NCBI GenBank assembly: GCA_964556925.1
Contig: CAZKXY010000001.1
Location: forward strand, 2,790 to 66,789
DNA from: an uncultured Planctomycetales bacterium
GTDB lineage: Bacteria; Omnitrophota; Gorgyraeia; Aquiviventales; Aquiviventaceae
DNA: 64,000 nt
Direction of reading: 5' to 3'
Shown in pieces: positions 1 to 9,154 of this stretch. A model generated the notes under the pieces. The model did no database searches. It was not told the DNA's origin and was given only the letters and a program-made list of their open reading frames with translations. Each line of letters starts with the position of its first letter. Within the stretch, counting starts at the first letter, position 1. The position numbers were made by a program, and so were the translations under genes.

Positions 1-479
1 CCGAGCTGGCCACGGACGAGGCGACGACGGAATCGGTCCTCAAGCATGCGGTGGAGTGGCTCGACGCGCGCGGCTGCCCCATTGACATCGTCGTCTTTTT
101 GCAGCCGACGGATCTCTTTCGCAAGCGCTGGATGATCGAGGACGCCGTGCGGGCCTTGCTGGAGGACCCCGCGCTCGAGTCGGCCTTCGTCGCCACCCTG
201 GATCACAAGAATTACTGGGGCCAGGTCGACGGCCGCTACGTGCCGGTCTCTCATCGCGGCTACCAGCCGCGGCAGCAGAAGCCACCCGTCTATCGCGAGG
301 ACACCGGGTTGGCCTGCGCGACCCGCGCGGCGATCGTGAAACAGGGCCGGCGGATCGGCGACCGCGTGCACCTGCTGGTGAACCGCGACCAGACGTCGTT
401 CATCGACATCCACGGGGAGTTTGACCTCTGGCTGGCCGAGCGGGTGCTGGCCGAGGGCAAGCGGACCATCAATGACTAG
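1..479 (+). CDS. Acylneuraminate/CMP-sugar cytidylyltransferase family protein (NeuA/KdsB-like), C-terminal part; the 5' end lies outside the window (reading frame begins at nt 3)
   Basis: The open frame runs off the 5' edge. The translation (LQPTDLF ... YREDTGL ... VNRD..SFIDIHGEFDLW) resembles the C-terminal half of CMP-NeuAc/CMP-Kdo synthetases. The stop overlaps the next start (ATGACTAG). Confidence 0.6.
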   Translation, partial: ELATDEATTESVLKHAVEWLDARGCPIDIVVFLQPTDLFRKRWMIEDAVRALLEDPALESAFVATLDHKNYWGQVDGRYVPVSHRGYQPRQQKPPVYREDTGLACATRAAIVKQGRRIGDRVHLLVNRDQTSFIDIHGEFDLWLAERVLAEGKRTIND

Positions 480-1476
480 AGCCCATCCCACGCCCCTCGT
501 GTCGATCGTCATCCCCGCCTACAACGAGGCCGAGGTCCTGCCCCGGTTCTACCAGCAGCTCGCTGAGGCGCTCCGGCCCCTCGAGCCGCGCGCGGACTTC
601 GAGCTGTTGGTCGTGAACAACGGCAGCACCGACGGCACGCTGGCGCTGCTCGAGCAGCTGCGCGTCGCGGATGCGCGCCTGAAGATCGCCACCCTCTCCC
701 GCAATTTCGGCTACCAGGCGGCCATCACCGCCGGGCTCACCCTGGCGCGCGGCGACGCCGTGGCCTGCCTCGACGCGGACGGCGAGGATCCGCCGGCGAT
801 CCTCGCCCGGTTCATCGAGACATGGCTGGAGGGCCACGCCGACATCGTCTATGGCATCCGGGGCCGGCGGCCCGAGAGCGCGCTCATGCAGCTGGGACGG
901 CGCGCGTTCTACCGGCTGACCCGCGCGATCGCGGACAGCGAAATCGTCCTCGACATGTCGGAGTTCGGGCTGCTCGACCGCCGCGTGCGCGACGCCGTGC
1001 TGTCCACGCGCTCCACCTTCCCGTTCGTGCGCGCCCAGGTGGGCTACGTCGGCTTCAGGCGGGTGGGCATCCGCTATGACCGCGCGCCTCGCCTCGGCGG
1101 GCGCAGCCACTACACCCTGCGGCGGGCGCTGCGGTTCGGCCTGGCGGGCATCCTGTCTTCGTCCACCTTCCCGCTGCGCCTCCTGGCCTATGGGGGGGCG
1201 TACCTGGTGCCGGCCGGCCTCGCGGGGACGGTCGCCGTCGCCATCCTGGGGCTGCGCCAGGGCGGCCTCGGCGGCCTGGGGTGGCTCGAGCTGGCGCTGG
1301 CGATGCTGCTGCTGTGGCTCGTCTTCAGCGTCGGCGTCCTCGCCGTCTACATCGCCCGGATCTACAAGGACCAGGTGGGGCTCCCGCTCTATATCGTGGA
1401 CCACCAGCGCTCCTCGCTGCTCGATCCTGGAGCGCCCGACCGTGCGGCGTCAGAGCTTCCGGAGGTCTTGGGATGA
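472..1476 (+). CDS. GT2 polyprenol-phosphate glycosyltransferase (ArnC/DPM1-like) with C-terminal transmembrane helices
   Basis: SIVIPAYNEAEVL, DADGEDPP and a C-terminal hydrophobic tail typical of undecaprenyl-phosphate sugar synthases. An internal ATG at 472 overlaps the upstream stop. Confidence 0.75.
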   Translation: MTRAHPTPLVSIVIPAYNEAEVLPRFYQQLAEALRPLEPRADFELLVVNNGSTDGTLALLEQLRVADARLKIATLSRNFGYQAAITAGLTLARGDAVACLDADGEDPPAILARFIETWLEGHADIVYGIRGRRPESALMQLGRRAFYRLTRAIADSEIVLDMSEFGLLDRRVRDAVLSTRSTFPFVRAQVGYVGFRRVGIRYDRAPRLGGRSHYTLRRALRFGLAGILSSSTFPLRLLAYGGAYLVPAGLAGTVAVAILGLRQGGLGGLGWLELALAMLLLWLVFSVGVLAVYIARIYKDQVGLPLYIVDHQRSSLLDPGAPDRAASELPEVLG

Positions 1477-2192
1477 GCCCTGGGACGAGGCCGCGGGGGG
1501 CCATTCGGTGGGTCATCGTTGGGGCGCTGAGCCTCGGCGCGCTGTGGCAGATCGCCACCCTGCCGTCCACGACCCGGCAAGGGGTGAACTCCCGACTCTC
1601 GATTTCCACCCTCCCCCTGTATGTCAAGGTCATCGACTTCCTGCACCGCCACGCGCACTATCAGCTGCTGGCCGAGGCGATCACGCGCGGGTGCCGCTCG
1701 GATGAGGAGCGGGCCCTGGCGATCTTCGCATGGACCCGGCGGAACATCCGTGAGACGCCCAAGGGCTGGCCCGTCATTGATGACCATGTCCTGGACATCA
1801 TCATCCGGGGCTACGGGGCCAACGATCAGATGGCGGACGTCTTCACCACGCTGGCGAGCTACGCCGGCCTGCCCGCGTTTTGGCGGCAGAGGGACGTGGC
1901 CCTCGCATTTGTCCAGACCGAGGGCCGGTGGCGGATGTTCGATGTGCAGTATGGATTGATCTTCACGGACGCCGACGGCCAGCTGGCCGAGGTCAACGCG
2001 CTGCTCGAGGATCCCGCCCTCATCAAGCAGGCGGCCGGATCGCTGACCGTCAATGGCCGCTCCTACGAGCAGTGCGTGGCCCGGATGGGGCCCTTCCGGG
2101 TTCCGGCCGTGCTGCGCGGCCGGCTCCACATGCCGCTGCCCCGATTGCTCTTCGAAGCCAAACGCCTGCTCCATCGCGCACCGGGAGGGTGA
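1473..2192 (+). CDS. Hypothetical membrane-anchored protein, possibly a degenerate transglutaminase-like fold
   Basis: Its ATG overlaps the upstream TGA (ATGA). It has an N-terminal hydrophobic segment (IRWVIVGALSLGALW) and weak similarity to the transglutaminase-like core, but the catalytic Cys is not evident. Confidence 0.4.
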   Translation: MSPGTRPRGAIRWVIVGALSLGALWQIATLPSTTRQGVNSRLSISTLPLYVKVIDFLHRHAHYQLLAEAITRGCRSDEERALAIFAWTRRNIRETPKGWPVIDDHVLDIIIRGYGANDQMADVFTTLASYAGLPAFWRQRDVALAFVQTEGRWRMFDVQYGLIFTDADGQLAEVNALLEDPALIKQAAGSLTVNGRSYEQCVARMGPFRVPAVLRGRLHMPLPRLLFEAKRLLHRAPGG

Positions 2193-3458
2193 ATGGCTGA
2201 GCGGGGGTGGGCGTCGGTGACGGCGATCGGGCTGGCGGTGCTCTCCGCGGAAGGGGCGGCGTACGCCACCTGGCGGCTGGTCGACGGGCCCGACAAGCTC
2301 GCGGTCTACCAGCAGGAGCAAGCGAGCGTGCCGGGATACCGGTACGTCGACTCGCTGGGCCTCGTCATGCCGGAGCCCGGGCGGGAGTTCGTGTGGCAGC
2401 AGTTTGAGTTCGTTGAGCGGTGCCGGACGTCGGCGGTCCCAGGCCTGGAGGCCGGACTGTTCGACGACGGGCTCGACGCCGGGCGGCCGGTCATCGCCCT
2501 GGCGCTCGGCGACTCCATGACCCGCGGGTTCGGCTCGACCGACTGCCTGCGGCTAGGCTGGGTGGAGCGGCTCGAAGCGGCCTTCCCGTGGCTTGACGTC
2601 GTGAACCTCTCGGTCCTGGCGGCCGGGCAGCACCAGGCGTTCCTGGTGTACGACCGGCTGGCGCCGCGCCTTCCGCACGACTGGGTCCTGATCAGCGTCT
2701 TCAGCGGCAATGACTTTCTGGATGACACGGAGCCGTTTGACTGGAACGTGGCGCTCGGGGCGCTGCCCGCCGGGGAGGATCCCACAGCCGCCCTCCGGCA
2801 CGCGAAAGCCGCCGTGCTGTACCGGCCCTCGGACGAGTGGCTGATGGCAAGGCCGGTGCGGTCGTACGCGGCGTGGCTGCTCCTCCGGATCGTGGAGAAG
2901 GTGGCGATGAGGCCCCTGCTCCCCCGGTGGGTTCGGGAGGGACGGGCCATCGAGGACCGCCTGGCCGCCGGCGCGGCCGATCCGCGGATCCCGGAGGCGC
3001 TGCGGCGCCTGGGGGCGGCGCAGCGGGCCAGCGCCAGGACGGTGCAGGCAGGGAACATGTGGTTCACGCTCTACGACTATCAGGGACGCCCGGACGACGC
3101 GGGGCGGCTGGCCCGGCATGCCGCCGGGCTCATCAACGCGTTCGGGGAGCGGCTCCGGGCGGCCGGGGTTCGGGCCGCCGTCGTGCTCCAGCCGAGCAAG
3201 GAGGAAATCTACCTGCCGGCCGGGCTCTCGGCCTCGCTGGGCCTTGCGCTCGACGCGCCGCTCGACGCGCTGCGCGCGGCGCTGGCGACTGGCTTGCCGG
3301 TGTGCGATCTCCGGGGGCCGCTGCGGGCGCAGGCGGGCGCCGGCGGCCCGCCGCTCTACTACGCGCGCGACGGCCACTACACGCCGGCGGGCTACGAGGC
3401 GGCGGCTGAGGCGATCGGGGCCTGCGTGGAGCGGCTGATGGGCCGGGGGTCCCGATGA
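2193..3458 (+). CDS. SGNH/GDSL-family hydrolase (likely polysaccharide O-acetyl esterase/acetyltransferase, AlgX/AlgJ-like)
   Basis: A GDSx block (ALGDSMTRGFG), an SGNDF block and a C-terminal DGHYT (DxxH) block. The start lies immediately after the upstream TGA. Confidence 0.65.
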   Translation: MAERGWASVTAIGLAVLSAEGAAYATWRLVDGPDKLAVYQQEQASVPGYRYVDSLGLVMPEPGREFVWQQFEFVERCRTSAVPGLEAGLFDDGLDAGRPVIALALGDSMTRGFGSTDCLRLGWVERLEAAFPWLDVVNLSVLAAGQHQAFLVYDRLAPRLPHDWVLISVFSGNDFLDDTEPFDWNVALGALPAGEDPTAALRHAKAAVLYRPSDEWLMARPVRSYAAWLLLRIVEKVAMRPLLPRWVREGRAIEDRLAAGAADPRIPEALRRLGAAQRASARTVQAGNMWFTLYDYQGRPDDAGRLARHAAGLINAFGERLRAAGVRAAVVLQPSKEEIYLPAGLSASLGLALDAPLDALRAALATGLPVCDLRGPLRAQAGAGGPPLYYARDGHYTPAGYEAAAEAIGACVERLMGRGSR

Positions 3459-4699
3459 GGCGGGTGACCGCCTGCCCCGCCTGTTCGTCGACGGAGCGCC
3501 GGGCGCTGATGCACGTGGTGAGCCGGGTGGTGCGGGCGGAGGACCAGCTCGTCTATTGCTACTGTGACCGTTGCGGGTTGGTGTATGCGCAAGACGTGAT
3601 CGACACGCGGGCAGAATGCGACGGGACGTACACCGACCCCTATCGCCGGCTGAGCGACGAGCAGATCCTGCGTGACAGCACCGTGTTTCGCCTCAGGAAA
3701 AACCGCTACCGAAAGGCCTGGTTGGACAAGCAGCTTGCCGCGCTCGGCAAGACGTACCCCGCAGGCAAGCAGGCGCTGGAGATCGGGGCGAAGGACGGGT
3801 CATTCCTCTGGCTGCTCAAGCAGGACGGCTGGCAGGTCGCGGGGATCGACCCCAATCGGCGATATGGGGCCTGGGCGCGTCAGCACTATGGCGTGGACAT
3901 CCAGGACGGCTACTTCCAGCCCGGGAGCGTGAGCGGGACCCCGTATGATCTGGTCGCGCTGTTTTGCGTGTTTGAGCACATCGACAACCCCGGCGCCTTC
4001 CTCGGGGCGGTTCGGAGCGCGTTGCGCGAGGGCGGGCTGCTGTATCTCGAAACGGACAACCTGGCGTACCTGCAACAGCGACAATTGATCCCGATGCATC
4101 CCATCCTGTATTCCCGCCAGACGCTGACGCAGGTGCTGGCGCGCCACGGCTTCAGGATTCTGGCGATGACGGAGAACGCCCCTGGCGGGGCCATGGTATT
4201 TGACCAGTTGGCGGTCTTGGCGGAGGTCGCCGAGGGGCCAGCTCCGCTCACGTGCCAGCCGGCCGAGGACTTCGCGACGGCCAAGCGGATGCTGGAGCGC
4301 GCCCTGAGCGACGATTTTCCGTCTCCCACGCCGACAGGCACGAATCGGCTGTTTCGCGCGGTGAGCCGCGTGCTGGGTGAACGGCTGGCGTCTCTCCTGA
4401 AGGCGGGGTACGTGAGCGTCCGGGGGATGGGCAACCGCCGGCGCCTCGCCACGCGGGAATCCGCCGACGGACAGCCCACGTCCCGCCGATTCCCCGAGCC
4501 GATCCGTGACGCGTTCCTTCAGGGATCCCTGACGGCATCTCACCTGGAGGAACTGGCCAAGCTCGACGACGAGTGTGTGCAGTTGAAGATCTTGGCTCGG
4601 ATCAGGGCGTACCGGCTGTCTGCGGAGGCGACCCGTCAGCTGGTTGAACGCGAACGCGCCCACGACTGCCACGGCATCGAACAGGCGATCGTCTCATGA
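3455..4699 (+). CDS. Class I SAM-dependent methyltransferase with an N-terminal Cys4 zinc ribbon (sugar C-/O-methyltransferase-like, TylCIII-type architecture)
   Basis: CPAC...CDRC zinc ribbon, then LEIGAKDGSFLWLL (SAM-binding motif I) and DLVALFCVFEHIDNP. ATGA overlap with the upstream gene. Confidence 0.7.
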   Translation: MRRVTACPACSSTERRALMHVVSRVVRAEDQLVYCYCDRCGLVYAQDVIDTRAECDGTYTDPYRRLSDEQILRDSTVFRLRKNRYRKAWLDKQLAALGKTYPAGKQALEIGAKDGSFLWLLKQDGWQVAGIDPNRRYGAWARQHYGVDIQDGYFQPGSVSGTPYDLVALFCVFEHIDNPGAFLGAVRSALREGGLLYLETDNLAYLQQRQLIPMHPILYSRQTLTQVLARHGFRILAMTENAPGGAMVFDQLAVLAEVAEGPAPLTCQPAEDFATAKRMLERALSDDFPSPTPTGTNRLFRAVSRVLGERLASLLKAGYVSVRGMGNRRRLATRESADGQPTSRRFPEPIRDAFLQGSLTASHLEELAKLDDECVQLKILARIRAYRLSAEATRQLVERERAHDCHGIEQAIVS

Positions 4700-6588
4700 C
4701 CGTCGTCGAAACCCTGGGACCGGTGAGCTGGTGGGTGCTGCGGCGCCGGCGCGCCACCTGCCCCTGCGGCCGCCTCGTCGTCCTGCGACGCTCCTGGACC
4801 AGCCGGTGGCTTTGCCTGGTCCAGCGGGAGCGGATCCACCACGTGTCCACCGACCAGCTCGGCAGAGCCCGCGTCATCACCTCCTCCCTGACGGCGCGGC
4901 TGATGGACGCCATGCTGGGGCGGGGCGGGGTCGACCCCCAGCTGGAGCAGCTCCTCTTGCGATTCTTCTTTCACGATGAGCACATCCGCTTCGTCTGTCG
5001 GAAGAACCTGTTCCAGTGGGTCCAGGACCAGGCGACGCTCTACCAGGCGGCGTGGGAGATGGCCCGCGCGCGTCGGTGCCCCAGCGCCGCCTTCGTCCCC
5101 ACAGACCCCTATGCCGCAAGGCTGCTGGGGTGTTGGAAAGCGGCTCACGATCCCCAGGCCGCTGCGGGCCTGGAGATCATTGAGCACAACCTGCTCGTCG
5201 GGCTTGGGGTCTGGCGGAACGCGGCCTGGAGTTGGCTCGCCGGAAGCGGATTGCTGGCGGGCGTGCTGGTGCGGGTGGCTCGCCAGGGAATGGTGCGGCG
5301 TCTCCCCGCCCGCCGAGCCTTTCGTGTGGCGTTGCACAACCATCACGGCATCTCGAGACGGCCGCAGGATGTGCGGTTCGCCGAGTGTCTGGTTGACGGG
5401 CAGCGCCTCCGGAAGCAGGACGTGCTGCTGTTGCTCTCAGGGGCCAGGCGCGATCTGAAGCGGCAGCGCCAGTCCCTTGGCGACGGCATCGCGTCGACCC
5501 GCCTCTTCGGGCCGCCGGTTCCGCTGCCGTATCTCGTGCGGCTGGTGCCCCGGTTGCTCCGGGCGGTGGGGGCCTTCTGGGGTGTCCGGGGGACCGCTCA
5601 TGCGGTGCTCCGCTGGCGGGCGGCGGGCGCGATCCGGTATGGGCTCTTGCTCGAGGCGGTGTTGTCCCACTATGCGATCGGCGTGCTCCTGAGCACGGAG
5701 GAGTCGTTCTCCCATCACATTGTGGAGACCGTCGTGTTGAACCACTGGGGGGCTCGGACCGCGTGGATCCCCGAAAGCGTCGCCAGCCGCGACTACAATA
5801 TGACCTACCTGCACTACGATCTGCTCCCCATCCAAGGGCACTTCCCGGCGACCCTCCACGACGGGACGTGGAGCCGACGGATGGCCGTCAAGCCGGTGGG
5901 GATGCTCTGGAATGACGGGACGTCCCATGCCGAGATGGCCTCGGCGAGCGAGCCGGTGCGCGCGATCATCGCCGACGCGAAGCGGCTCAGCCGGAAGATC
6001 CTGGCGGCATTTGCCGGCTCCTACAGCGCCCCGGATGAATTCCTCGTGGAGCGGTATCGGCGGTTCCTCGCGGTGTTGGCGGCGCTGGCGGCGCAGGATC
6101 CGCGGCTGCTCATCCTGCTCAAGCCGAAGGCCAACGCCGATACGCCGCGCCACTTGACGTTTCTGTTCCAGCCGCCGTTTTGGGACGTCCTGGAGCCGGG
6201 GATCCGCCAGGGGACCATCCGCCTCCTCGACCCCCGCGAGGGGCTCACGTGCGCCGCGCAAGACCTGATCGCGGCGGCCGACGCCGTCGTCTCCACCAGC
6301 CAGTACGCGGCGTTTAATTCGGTGTGGGCGGAGGCGCTGTTGCTCGGCAAACCCTCCTATTCCTTCACCCCGTCGGAATTCCGTCGGGCCCTCTCCGCGC
6401 CGGGGTTATTCGACGAATGGCTCTTTGACGATGAGGACGCCCTGCTGGCCAAGCTCCAGGCGGCCCTGCGCGAGCCGCCGGCGCGCCCCCAGGTCGAGGC
6501 GCGGATCCGGTGGCTCTTCGACCCCTACAATGACGGCCGCGCCCTCGAGCGATTCAGGGACGCCGTCTTGTCCCTTGCCGGCGCGTGA
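4696..6588 (+). CDS. Hypothetical 630-aa protein; the C-terminal half resembles a GT-B type nucleotide-sugar-binding domain (KpsS/TagF/capsule-synthesis-like)
   Basis: A long ORF with genome-typical codon usage and ATGA coupling at both ends. The C-terminal segment ILAAFAGSY...LILLKPKAN...DLIAAADAVVSTSQYAAFNSVWAEALLLGKP has the shape of a GT-B C-terminal domain. No confident family assignment. Confidence 0.4.
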   Translation: MTVVETLGPVSWWVLRRRRATCPCGRLVVLRRSWTSRWLCLVQRERIHHVSTDQLGRARVITSSLTARLMDAMLGRGGVDPQLEQLLLRFFFHDEHIRFVCRKNLFQWVQDQATLYQAAWEMARARRCPSAAFVPTDPYAARLLGCWKAAHDPQAAAGLEIIEHNLLVGLGVWRNAAWSWLAGSGLLAGVLVRVARQGMVRRLPARRAFRVALHNHHGISRRPQDVRFAECLVDGQRLRKQDVLLLLSGARRDLKRQRQSLGDGIASTRLFGPPVPLPYLVRLVPRLLRAVGAFWGVRGTAHAVLRWRAAGAIRYGLLLEAVLSHYAIGVLLSTEESFSHHIVETVVLNHWGARTAWIPESVASRDYNMTYLHYDLLPIQGHFPATLHDGTWSRRMAVKPVGMLWNDGTSHAEMASASEPVRAIIADAKRLSRKILAAFAGSYSAPDEFLVERYRRFLAVLAALAAQDPRLLILLKPKANADTPRHLTFLFQPPFWDVLEPGIRQGTIRLLDPREGLTCAAQDLIAAADAVVSTSQYAAFNSVWAEALLLGKPSYSFTPSEFRRALSAPGLFDEWLFDDEDALLAKLQAALREPPARPQVEARIRWLFDPYNDGRALERFRDAVLSLAGA

Positions 6589-6599
6589 GGATCCCCGCG

Positions 6600-8426
6600 A
6601 TGCGACGACTGCTCACGTTCCTTGAGCCCTCCCGGGGCTGGGTGGCGGCGACCGTGCTGTGCTTGACGGTGGCGGCGGTCCTTGAGTCGGTGGGCTTGAG
6701 CCTCTTCGTGCCCCTGATCACCGCGCTCGCCGATGGCCCGGCATCCCCGGCCACCGGGGGCTCGGCGCTCTTCGCGTCCTACCTTCGCTTCCTCGAGGGG
6801 GTGTCCAGGCATCGCGGGGTGGAGATCGTCGTGATCGCGTTGGGGATCGCCCTGGTGCTCAAGAATCTGTTCGGATATCTGGGTCGCCTGCTGGGGGCGT
6901 ATGTCGAGCTGCGGACCGTGAGACTCCTGCGCAGCCGGTTGTTTCAGACCTACCTGGGGTCGAGCTATCAGTTCTTCCTGGATCGGAAGCACGGGCGGCT
7001 GGTCCACGACCTCTTCACGGAGACCACGGTCGTCGGCGAGATGGTCGCGCTCTGCACGGTGTCGCTCTCGCACCTGATCACGATGGCGGCGCTCTACCTG
7101 CTGTTAGTGCTCATCTGCTGGCAAGCGACCCTCGTCGCCTCCGCCATCTTCGCGCTCTTGACCGTTGGCCTGCAGGGCCTGTCAGGGCTGTCCCAGCATG
7201 TGGGGGCGTTGCGCCAGCGGGTGGCCAGCGAATTCGTCGCGCTCGGCACAGAGCTCATCCTCGGCATTCGCCAGGTCAAGGTGTTTGCGGCGGAGCGGCT
7301 GTTTGCCGAGCGGTTCAGGGCGCTCGCGCACCGGTTGAGCCGGGTGAATCTCCGCGTTCGGGCCGTGTCGCTGTCAGCGGAACCGCTCAGCGAGCTGGTG
7401 GTGCTGCTCGTCATGGTCAGCCTGGTCATCCTGGCGAGCCGGGGGATCGTCGGCGCGGCCACCACCCGGCTGTCGATCCTGATCACCTTTGCGGTGGTGC
7501 TCGTCCGGCTGCTGCCGGCGCTTGGCTCGCTCAACAAGGACCTCATCCGGCTGAGCGCCAACCTGAAGTCCGTCGAGGTCATCGCGGACCTGCTGGCGCG
7601 CCCGCCCCAACAGCCGGAGCCCCGGCGGGGCCGGGTCTTCGGCGAATTGCGTGACGCGATCCGGTTCGACGGGGTCGAGTTCTCGTATCCCGGCAGGCCC
7701 GAGGCTCCCGTCTTGCGGGGGGTCACGCTGCCGTTTCCCAAGGGCCGGACGACGGCGATCGTGGGCCCGTCGGGATCCGGCAAATCGACCCTGATCGACC
7801 TCGTCATCCGGCTCTACGAGCCGCGCCAGGGGCGCCTGCTGGTCGATGGGGTGGATCTTCAGGAGTACGAGCTCGCCTCGTGGCGGCGGGCGATCGGCTT
7901 CGTGAGCCAGGAGACCTTCATCTTCAACGCGTCGATTCGGGAGAACATCGCCTTTGCCTGTCCCGAGGCCAGCGAGGCCGACATCCGCTGGGCGGCCCAA
8001 CAGGCCGATGCCCACGAGTTCATCCAGCGGCTCCCCCACGGCTACGACACCGTGGTGGGGGAGCGGGGCCTGAAGCTGTCCGGCGGGGAGCGGCAGCGGA
8101 TCGCGATCGCGCGGGCGGTGCTCCGCCGCCCGCAGATCCTCATCTTCGATGAGGCGACGAGCGCGCTGGACAACGCGTCTGAACAGCGCGTCCAAGAGGC
8201 CATCGCGCGCATCAGCCAGGACCGGACCGTGATCGTGGTCGCGCACCGGCTCTCCACGATCAGCCGGGCCGACCAGATCGTTGTGCTCGATCTGGGCCGG
8301 ATCGCGGAGCAGGGGACGCATGAGGGGCTCCTGGCGCGGCGCGGGGTGTACTGGCGGCTGTATCACGCGGACGGGGTGCCGAGCCCCGACCCTCGCCCGG
8401 CCGAATGGCTGGCGGCGGTCGAATGA
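6600..8426 (+). CDS. ABC exporter with fused permease and ATPase (MsbA/lipid-A or glycolipid flippase-like)
   Basis: Six-TM N-terminal domain, then Walker A GPSGSGKST, the signature LSGGERQRIAIARA and Walker B ILIFDEATSALD. An alternative GTG start at 6585 overlaps the upstream stop. Confidence 0.85.
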   Translation: MRRLLTFLEPSRGWVAATVLCLTVAAVLESVGLSLFVPLITALADGPASPATGGSALFASYLRFLEGVSRHRGVEIVVIALGIALVLKNLFGYLGRLLGAYVELRTVRLLRSRLFQTYLGSSYQFFLDRKHGRLVHDLFTETTVVGEMVALCTVSLSHLITMAALYLLLVLICWQATLVASAIFALLTVGLQGLSGLSQHVGALRQRVASEFVALGTELILGIRQVKVFAAERLFAERFRALAHRLSRVNLRVRAVSLSAEPLSELVVLLVMVSLVILASRGIVGAATTRLSILITFAVVLVRLLPALGSLNKDLIRLSANLKSVEVIADLLARPPQQPEPRRGRVFGELRDAIRFDGVEFSYPGRPEAPVLRGVTLPFPKGRTTAIVGPSGSGKSTLIDLVIRLYEPRQGRLLVDGVDLQEYELASWRRAIGFVSQETFIFNASIRENIAFACPEASEADIRWAAQQADAHEFIQRLPHGYDTVVGERGLKLSGGERQRIAIARAVLRRPQILIFDEATSALDNASEQRVQEAIARISQDRTVIVVAHRLSTISRADQIVVLDLGRIAEQGTHEGLLARRGVYWRLYHADGVPSPDPRPAEWLAAVE

Positions 8427-9151
8427 GCGCGACACGCGTCCTCGCGGTGATCCCGGCGAGAGGCGGCTCGAAGGGGGTGCCGCGGAAGAACCTCAAGCTG
8501 CTCCAGGGCCGGCCGTTGCTGGCCCACATGATCGACGCCGCGCAGCACGCGACCCGCGTCCACCGGCTGGTGGTCTCGACGGAGGATGAGGAGATCGCCG
8601 AGGCGGCGCGGCGCTGCGGGGCCGAGGTGTTTCCGCAGCCGCCGGCATTGGCCGGCGATGGCGTCCCCATGATCGCCGTGACGAAGCACGTGGCGGAATG
8701 CCTGACCCGCGCGGGGTGGAGCGCCGAGATCGTCGTGCAGCTGTCGGCGAGCTGCCCGTTCGTGCCGTCCGCGAAGATCGACGAGGCGGTCGGGTATCTC
8801 CTCGCTGGCGAGACCGATTGCGCGGTGAGCCTCAAGCGGATTGAGCACGAGCATCCCTACCGCGCGAAAGCCCTGGGCGATGGCCACGTCTTTGAGAGCT
8901 TCCTCAAGGACCGGAACGTCGAACAGTATCTCCTGCGCCAGTCGCTTCCGCCGCTCTATTGCACGTCGGGCGCCATTTACGCCTGGACGCGCGCGCTGCT
9001 GTCCGCCTGGAACGGGAAGGATTTTTGCTTCGGCCAGCGCCCGAAGGCGGTGCTGGTCAACGATCGCGAAGCGATCAATATCGACCGGCCGATTGATTTC
9101 GCGTTCGCAGAGTTCCTCGCGGGCCTCGAGCCCCCGCGCCAGGCGGGGTAG
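8423..9151 (+). CDS. Acylneuraminate cytidylyltransferase (CMP-nonulosonic/ketoaldonic acid synthetase, NeuA/KdsB family)
   Basis: VIPARGGSKGVPRKNL is the hallmark N-terminal motif. Its ATG overlaps the ABC exporter stop (ATGA). Confidence 0.8.
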   Translation: MSATRVLAVIPARGGSKGVPRKNLKLLQGRPLLAHMIDAAQHATRVHRLVVSTEDEEIAEAARRCGAEVFPQPPALAGDGVPMIAVTKHVAECLTRAGWSAEIVVQLSASCPFVPSAKIDEAVGYLLAGETDCAVSLKRIEHEHPYRAKALGDGHVFESFLKDRNVEQYLLRQSLPPLYCTSGAIYAWTRALLSAWNGKDFCFGQRPKAVLVNDREAINIDRPIDFAFAEFLAGLEPPRQAG

Positions 9152-9154
9152 GCG

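Noticed and set aside
821-2321. Overlapping alternative-frame + strand ORFs inside real genes. Examples: 822-1079, 1076-1705, 2837-3409, 10487-10915, 16690-17733, 22962-23444, 28586-29587, 30130-30741, 31393-31800, 35198-36145, 39419-40282, 50248-50532.
   Set aside because: They are entirely nested within longer ORFs that carry clear enzyme motifs. Their products are Arg/Ala/Gly-rich with no recognisable features, which is typical of off-frame reading of GC-rich coding DNA.
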